Made by a program: the position numbers and the translations under genes. A stretch of DNA of 64,000 bases, taken from Eledone cirrhosa (lineage: Eukaryota). Numbering within the stretch: the first letter of the stretch is position 1; every line of letters begins with the position of its first letter. The notes under the pieces were generated by a model. That model was not told the origin of the DNA. It saw only the letters and a program-made list of their open reading frames with translations, and searched no databases. The stretch lies in assembly GCA_964016885.1 (NCBI GenBank), contig OZ024766.1:15438001-15502000 (forward strand), given 5' to 3'. Shown here piece after piece: positions 55,573 to 64,000 of the stretch.

Positions 55573-56489
55573 CTACAAATCAATCAATAACAAATATATA
55601 TTTTGGTGTGTATTTGTGTGGCCTTGTGGTAAGGGTGTTGGACTTACAATCATAATGTCGTGAGTTCTATTCCTCAACTAGGTTGTGTGTTGTGTTCTTG
55701 AGCAAAAGTATTTCCATTCATGTTGCTCCAGTATAATAATAATTGTTTCTACTTTTGACACAAGGCCAGCAATTACCCAGTACATTACTGGTACTTTATT
55801 TTATCGACCCCGTAAGGATGAAAGGCAAAGTTAACCTTGGTGGGATTTGAACTCGGATCATAAAGGGACGTAACTCTATGCTTCAAAGCATGGCGTCCGA
55901 CTCTCTACCAATACTGACAATCCACCGCTCCAGTATAATAATAATAATAGTGAAATTATTGTGTACAGTGCTCAGGTGCACTATAACTCATCAAAGGTGC
56001 ATGTAAAGCACATAGAATAATGAACAAATGTCAGGAAAATGAACAGTGTATGAGTCATGATAAACATATGTACGTGTGTATGGAGGAGGGATATCAGGTG
56101 TAGTGTTGGCGAATTTCAGGAAGCTTGGAGATCAGTGCCAGTAATAGCTGGTGATTTAACCTTGGGATGGACTGGTGCCCTGTCCAGGGGAAGTTTTGTA
56201 TTTTAAGTCACTTCATGCCATAGATAGCACTGGCCTGATGACCCTCAGCACTCGAGACACACTTTAGACATTTTTTGTTTTTGTATATTCAACAGCCCAG
56301 TCCTTCTAACTGTCGGTAGGTATCACACTGAGCAGAGTCCACTGTATTCCCCACACCTGGACAGGATGCTAGTCCATTGCATGGTATTTCACTGCTATAT
56401 TATTCTATCTACTCCAAAAGTATGACAGAAAAGTTGATTTTGGTGGGATTTGAATACCGTTTTAAAAAAGGACTCAAAATCACAACCCA

Positions 56490-56709
56490 TTAAAACCTTT
56501 AGAATTTAAACCGGCCACAATTCTCTCACTTCTTTCTGTTCAAACCAGCCATAACTGGCTGCTCATACTTATGTTAAGGTATTGTTCTCAAAATAGATAA
56601 TATCAAAATCTCATAGATTTGCTATTATGTGAGATAATTATATGAGATAAAGCCTTTACTGTGAAAATATAATAGTGTATATGAAGTAGTGTAAATGCTA
56701 AAGGGTTAA
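56490..56709. mobile_element. piggyBac-like MITE
   Basis: Same family as 62-327; ends TAAATGCTAAAGGG-TTAA. Confidence 0.7.
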
Positions 56710-56933
56710 TCTGTAACTCTACTGCCCCTGCTACTCACATCTTCCTCATGATGAACATTTAACATTCACTTCCCCTGTAACCAAGAGTGGGATGTGTCAA
56801 CAGAAACCGACTCAGAACTTAATCGGAGCTACTGACCTCTCAGATGTTACTGGATACATTTCATCATGACTGAAGAGGACATTCATCCATTTGTCTGGTA
56901 GATTTTCTAAAGAAATAGAACTACAAAGGAGCA

Positions 56934-59900
56934 CACACGTGTCTGACAGGTGCTACCTTATAACCAGGACCACACCATCTACTGTAACACACCTGTCTGA
57001 CAGATGATACCTTATAACCAGGACCACACCATCTACTGTAACACACGTGTCTGACAGGTGCTACCTTATAACCAGGACCACACCATCTACTGTAACACAC
57101 CTGTCTGACAGATGATACCTTATAACCAGGACCACACCATCTACTGTAACACACCTGTCTGACAGCTGCTACCTTATAACCAGGACTACACTATCTACTG
57201 TAACACACTTGTCTGATAGATGATACCTTATAACCAGGACAACACCATCTACTGTAACACACCTGTCTGACAGGTGCTACCTTATAACCAGGATCACACC
57301 ATCTACTGTAACACACCTGTCTGACAGCTGCTACCTTATAACCAGGACCACACCTTCTACTGTAACACACCTGTCTGATAGATGATACCTTATAACCAGG
57401 ACCACAGCATCTACTGTAAGACACCTGTCTGACATGTGCTACCTTATAACCAGGACCACACCATCTACTGTAACACACCTGTCTGACAGGTGCTACCTAA
57501 TAACCAGGACCACACCATCTACTGTAACACACCTGTCTGACAGGTGCTACCTAATAACCAGGACCACACCTTCTACTGTAACACACCTGTCTGACAGCTG
57601 CTACCTTATAACCAGGACCACACCATCTACTGTAACACACCTGTCTGAAAGATGATACCTTATAACCAGGACCACACCATCTACTGTAACACACCTGTCT
57701 GACAGCTGCTACCTTATAACCAGGACTACACTATCTACTGTAACACACTTGTCTGATAGATGATACCTTATAACCAGGACCACACCATCTACTGTAACAC
57801 ACCTGTCTGACAGCTGCTACCTTATAACCAGGACCACACCATCTACTGTAACACAACTGTCTGACAGGTACTACCATATAACCAGGACCACACCATCTAC
57901 TGTAACACACCTGTCTGACAGCTGCTACCTTATAACCAGGACCACACCATCTACTGTAACACAACTGTCTGACAGGTGCTACCTTATAACCAGGACCACA
58001 CCATCTACTGTAACACACCTGTCTGACAGGTGCTACCTTATAACCAGGACCACACCATCTACTGTAACACACCTGTCTGACAGCTGCTACCATATAACCA
58101 GGACCACACCATCTACTGTAACACACCTGTCTGACAGGTGCTACATTATAACCAGGACCACACCATCTACTGTAACACACCTGTCTGATAGATGATACCT
58201 TATAACGAGGACCACACCATCTACTGTAACACACCTGTCTGACAGGTGCTACCTTATAACCAGGATCACACCATCTACTGTAACACACCTGTCTGACAGC
58301 TGCTACCATATAACCAGGACCACACCATCTACTGTAACACACCTGTCTGACAGGTGCTACATTATAACCAGGACCACAGCATCTACTGTAACACACCTGT
58401 CTGACAGGTGCTACCTTATAACCAGGACTTCACCATCTACTGTAACACACCTGTCTGACAGGTGCTACTTTATAACCAGGACCACACCATCTACTGTAAC
58501 ACACCTGTCTGACAGGTGCTACCTTATAACCAGGACCACACCATCTACTGTAACACAACTGTCTGACAGGTGCTACCTTATAACCAGGACCACACCATCT
58601 ACTGTAACACACCTGTCTGACAGGTGCTACCTTATAACCAGGACCACACCATCTACTGTAACACACCTGTCTGACAGCTGCTACCATATAACCAGGACCA
58701 CACCATCTACTGTAACACACCTGTCTGACAGGTGCTACATTATAACCAGGACCACACCATCTACTGTAACACACCTGTCTGATAGATGATACCTTATAAC
58801 CAGGACCACACCATCTACTGTAACACACCTGTCTGACAGGTGCTACCTTATAACCAGGATCACACCATCTACTGTAACACACCTGTCTGACAGCTGCTAC
58901 CATATAACCAGGACCACACCATCTACTGTAACACACCTGTCTGACAGGTGTAACATTATAACCAGGACCACACCATCTACTGTAACACACCTGTCTGACA
59001 GGTGCTACCTTATAACCAGGACTTCACCATCTACTGTAACACACCTGTCTGACAGGTGCTACTTTATAACCAGGACCACACCATCTACTGTAACACACCT
59101 GTCTGACAGCTGCTACCTTATAACCAGGACCACACCATCTACTGTAACACATCTGTCTGACAGGTGCTACCTTATAACCAGGACTTCACCATCTACTGTA
59201 ACACACCTGTCTGACAGGTGCTACCTTATAACCAGGACCACACCATCTACTGTAACACACCTGTCTGATAGATGATACCTTATAACCAGGATCACACCAT
59301 CTACTGTAACACACGTGTCTGACAGGTGCTACCTTATAACCAGGACCACACCATCTACTGTAACACACCTGTCTGACAGGTGCTACCTTATAACCAGGAC
59401 CACACCATCTACTGTAACACACCTGTCTGACAGGTGCTACCTTATAACCAGGACTTCACCATCTACTGTAACACACCTGTCTGACAGGTGCTACTTTATA
59501 ACCAGGACTACACCATCTACTGTAACACACCTGTCTGACAGCTGCTACCTTATAACCAGGACCACACCATCTACTGTAACACACCTGTCTGATAGATGAT
59601 ACCTTATAACCAGGACCACACCATCTACTGTAACACACCTGTCTGATAGATGATACCTTATAACCAGGACCACACCATCTACTGTAACACACCTGTCTGA
59701 CAGGTGCTACCTTATAACCAGGACCACACCATCTACTGTAACACACCTGTCTGACAGGTGCTACCTTATAACCAGGACTTCACCATCTACTGTAACACAC
59801 CTGTCTGACAGGTGCTACCTTATAACCAGGACCACACCATCTACTGTAACACACCTGTCTGATAGATGATACCTTATAACCAGGACCACACCATCTACTG

Positions 59901-60690
59901 TAACACACCTGTCTGACAGGTGCTACCTTATAACCAGGACCACACCATCTACTGTAACACACCTGTCTGACAGGTGCTACCTTATAACCAGGACCACACC
60001 ATCTACTGTAACACACCTGTCTGACAGGTGCTACTTTATAACCAGGACCACACCATCTACTGTAACACACCTGTCTGACAGCTGCTACCTTATAACCAGG
60101 ACCACACCATCTACTGTAACACACCTGTCTGACAGGTGCTACCTTATAACCAGGACTTCACCATCTACTGTAACACACCTGTCTGACAGGTGCTACTTTA
60201 TAACCAGGACCACACCATCTACTGTAACACACCTGTCTGACAGCTGCTACCTTATAACCAGGACCACACCATCTACTGTAACACACCTGTCTGACAGGTG
60301 CTACCTTATAACCAGGACCACACCATCTACTGTAACACACCTGTCTGACAGGTGCTACTTTATAACCAGGACCACACCATCTACTGTAACACACCTGTCT
60401 GACAGCTGCTACCTTATAACCAGGACCACACCATCTACTGTAACACACCTGTCTGACAGGTGCTACCTTATAACCAGGACCACACCATCTACTGTAACAC
60501 ACCTGTCTGATAGATGATACCTTATAACCAGGATCACACCATCTACTGTAACACACCTGTCTGACAGGTGCTACCTTATAACCAGGACTTCACCATCTAC
60601 TGTAACACACCTGTCTGACAGGTGCTACCTTATAACCAGGCCACACCATGTACTGTAACACACCTGTCTGATAGATGATACCTTATAACC
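56934..60690 (-). repeat. 54-bp minisatellite (~70 units) derived from the 3' half of an EGF exon
   Basis: Unit CAGACAGGTGTGTTACAGTAGATGGTGTGGTCCTGGTTATAAGGTAGCACCTGT, contiguous with the half-exon at 60673-60755. Confidence 0.93.
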
Positions 60691-60782
60691 AGGAACACAC
60701 CTTCCACTGGAACACACACCTGTCTCTGTCTTACACCTACTATCATCTTGACTAAATATATTAAGTAGCAAACAAAGCTTAC

Positions 60783-60920
60783 CTGGCTGACAGTTGCTAC
60801 CTTCATAACCAGCAGTACATCCTCCTCTAGAACACACACCTGTCTGTTTGTTACATTTACTGTTGTCAACACAGTGACATGTGTTGCCACAGTTGGCTCC
60901 AAATTTTCCATTTCTACAGA
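60783..60920 (-). CDS. EGF-repeat exon
   Basis: 138 bp, AG/GTAAG: VCRNGKFGANCGNTCHCVDNSKCNKQTGVCSRGGCTAGYEGSNCQP. Confidence 0.9.
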
Positions 60921-61185
60921 CTGTGGAAATAAAAATATGAGAACAATGACAATAACAACAACATATAACACTATACAAGATAATGCTTTCTGATTTAGGC
61001 ACAAGGCCAGCAATTTTAGGGGAGGAGAAAATCAATTAAATCGACCCCAGTGTGTGACTGGTACTTCATTTTATCAACCCTGTTGGGATGAAAGGGATAG
61101 CTACCACAATTCTATCATCTATATTATAGCGTTGTCATCTATACTATATCTATATCATCTGAACTATATTTGTATCATCTTAATT

Positions 61186-61835
61186 TCCATGTTTCTAACA
61201 CCCATGGATATGCCTACAAAGTCAGAAAACAGCACAGCTCCCATGCTTTTGGAAACATTTTTTCAAGCTCCGAGTTGCTGAAGCATGGAACAAACTACCT
61301 GCATCAGTTGTTAGCTGTCGAGACACTGCATCCTTTAAAACCTCCATGGAACAAACTGCCTGCATCAGTTGTTAGCTGTCGAGACACTACATCCTTTAAA
61401 ACCTCCATGGAACAAACTACCTGCATCAGTTGTTAGCTGTCGAGACACTGCATCCTTTAAAACCTCCATGGAACAAACTACCTGCATCAGTTGTTAGCTG
61501 TCGAGACACTGCATCCTTTAAAACCTCCATGGAACAAACTACCTGGATCAGTTGTTAGCTGTCGAGACACTACATCCTTTACAACCTCCATGGAATAAAC
61601 TACCTGCATCAGTTGTTAGCTGTCGAGACACTGCATCCTTTAAAACCTCTATGCTTCCTGAGATTCGTCAACACTGCACCTGATGTCCCCCCTTCCATAC
61701 ACACGCACACGTGTATTTCATGACTCATACACTGTTCCTTTTCCTGACATTTAAACATTATTCTATGTACTATACATGCACCTTTGATGAGTTGTAGTGC
61801 ACCTGAGCACTGTACACAATAATTTCATTATTATA
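61186..61835 (+). mobile_element. CR1-type 3' fragment with an internal 61-bp unit amplified about 6 times
   Basis: Unit CATGGAACAAACTACCTGCATCAGTTGTTAGCTGTCGAGACACTGCATCCTTTAAAACCTC; homologous to 50345-50823. Confidence 0.88.
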
Positions 61836-62521
61836 TTATTTTATACTCCAGTGGTATGACCTAAACTATATATAATCCATACTATATCTATACAATCTAT
61901 ATGATTTCCGTAACATCGATATTATGTCTATATACTTGCCGATTCTCTACACTCCATACCAATGTTATACTATATATTCATGAGGCTATAATATCCCCTT
62001 TATATTGTAAGCACATAGCTTAGAAGTTAGAGCATTGGCCTTGCAATCGAAAGGTTGTGAGTTCAATTCTCAGACCGGGTGATGTGTTGTTTCCTTGAGC
62101 AAGACACTTTATTTCACATTGCTCCAGTTTACTCAGCTGTAGAAATGAGATGATAGGGACTGGGGTCAATATCATTCCACTGCAAAGTGGTCCTGGAGGT
62201 GCCACGGCAAAAAACACCCAATACTCACTGTAAATGAGGCTGGTGTTAGGAAGGGCATCCAGCTGTAGAAATCAAGCCAGAATCAGTTTCCGTCCCACCC
62301 TTGTAAGCAGGGAAAAGCAGACGTAAAATGATGATGATGATGATTGTAGCTCCAAAACAGTTTAAATCTACCTGTCTCACAGGTGTTACCTTCATAACCA
62401 GCACTACACTTTCCACTAAAACACACACCTGTCTCTGTGTTACACCTAGCTGTGTGTTACACCTACTGTCATCTTGACTCAATATATCATGTTAGAAACA
62501 AAGCTATACTACACCACTTAC

Positions 62522-62659
62522 CTGTCTGACAGTTGCTACCTTCATAACCAGCAGTACATCCTCCACTAGAACACATACCTGTCTGTTTGTTACACCTGTT
62601 ATTATCAGCACAGTGGCATGTGTGTTTACAGTTAGCTCCAAATTTACCAATGTGACAGG
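62522..62659 (-). CDS. EGF-repeat exon (most 5' exon in the window)
   Basis: 138 bp, AG/GTAAGT: CHIGKFGANCKHTCHCADNNRCNKQTGMCSSGGCTAGYEGSNCQT. Confidence 0.9.
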
Positions 62660-62736
62660 CTGTAATATGAAATGTAATGTAAACAGTTTGAACAATTTCA
62701 AGATATAATATTTAGAATTATTAACCTTTTTGATTA

Positions 62737-63886
62737 AGTAGAAATATGGTAATGAAAGGGTTAATGATATAGACAGTGTCTTTAAGTAGAGATATGTAAT
62801 GAAAGGGTTAATAACATAGACAGTGTCTTTAAGTAGAGATATGTAATGAAAATGTTAATGACATAGACAGTGTCTTTAAGTAGAAATATGTAATGAAAGG
62901 TTTAATTACATAGACAGTGTCTTTAAGTAGAAATATATAATGAAAGGTTTAATGACATAGACAGTGTCTTTAAGTAGGAACTTGGTAATGAAAGGTTTAA
63001 TGACATAGACAGTGTCTTTAAGTAGAAATATGGTAATGAAAGGTTTAATGACATAGACAGTGTCTTTAAGTAGAAATATGGTAATGAAAGGTTTAATGAC
63101 ATAGACAGTGTCTTTAAGTAGAGATATGTAATGAAAGGGTTAATGACATAGACAGTGTCTTTAAGTAGAAATATGTAATGAAAGGTTTAATGACATAGAC
63201 AGTGTCTTTAAGTAGAAATATGTAATGAAAGGTTTAATGACATAGACAGTGTCTTTAAGTAGGAACTTGGTAATGAAAGGTTTAATGACATAGACAGTGT
63301 CTTCAAGTAGAAATATGGTAATGAAAGGTTTAATGACATAGACAGTGTCTTTAAGTAGAAATATGGTAATGAAAGGTTTAATCACATAGACAGTGTCTTT
63401 AAGTAGAAATATGTAATGAAAGGTTTAATGACATAGACAGTGTCTTTAAGTAGGAACTTGGTAATGAAAGGTTTAATGACATAGACAGTGTCTTCAAGTA
63501 GAAATATGGTAATGAAAGGTTTAATGACATAGACAGTGTCTTTAAGTAGAAATATGGTAATGAAAGGGTTAATGACATAGACAGTGTCTTTAAGTAGAGA
63601 TATGGTAATGAAAGGTTTAATGACATAGACAGTGTGTTTAAGTAGAAATATGGTAATGAAAGGTTTAATGACATAGACAGTGTCTTTCAGTAGAAATATG
63701 GTAATGAAAGGATTAATGACATAGACAGTGTCTTTAAGTAGAAATATGGTAAAGAAAGATTAAATGATATAGACAGTGTCTTTAAGTAGAGATATGGTAA
63801 TGAAAGGGTTAATGACAGAGACAGTGTCTTTAAGTAGAAACTTGGTAATGAAAGGTTTAATGACATAGTCTATGTCATTAAACCTT
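62737..63886. repeat. 47/48-bp tandem repeat ending in a fold-back palindrome
   Basis: Unit AATGAAAGGTTTAATGACATAGACAGTGTCTTTAAGTAGAAATATGGT. Confidence 0.95.
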
Positions 63887-64000
63887 AATCCAAATATTCA
63901 ATTACTTTCAAGCAAGAAACAAATGCAAATATCCGACTAACTTGAATTTTCCATCGGATTTTAAAATTATTTTACGTATTTTTGCTATATTAGTTTTTTT

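Noticed and set aside
58430-60592. Recurrent in-frame TGA at a Cys position of the 54-bp repeat as selenocysteine
   Set aside because: Explained by one variant unit spreading through the array. TAG stops also occur, and no SECIS or expression evidence was seen.

Overview
Repeat-dense, AT-rich animal DNA. The C2H2 finger style, SINE/LINE families and (TA)n/(CA)n load suggest a cephalopod (octopus-like) genome; this is inference. The right half (37.0-62.7 kb, minus strand) holds a partial gene built from 138-bp phase-1/1 exons, each encoding one 46-aa, 8-Cys EGF/laminin-EGF-like repeat (MEGF10/SREC-like). Nine exons keep their frame, and both copies of one duplicated exon are broken. The left half has a decayed C2H2 zinc-finger array, a full-length but disabled Helitron joined head-to-tail to a non-autonomous derivative, RTE-type LINEs and a Penelope-like element (RT + GIY-YIG) with an inverted pseudo-LTR. 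MITEs, SINEs and satellites are scattered throughout. Main observations: (1) six type-I hammerhead-ribozyme-like motifs; (2) a CR1-type LINE with a duplicated 3' UTR whose first copy has a one-way A-to-G cluster, a candidate genomically fixed ADAR-edited retrocopy; (3) a ~70-unit 54-bp minisatellite derived from half an EGF exon; (4) a SINE-mediated two-exon tandem duplication with a 31-bp micro-inversion; (5) a 1.1-kb templated insertion replacing the ribozyme-bearing part of the Penelope pseudo-LTR. All alignments were done by eye; no database searches were run.
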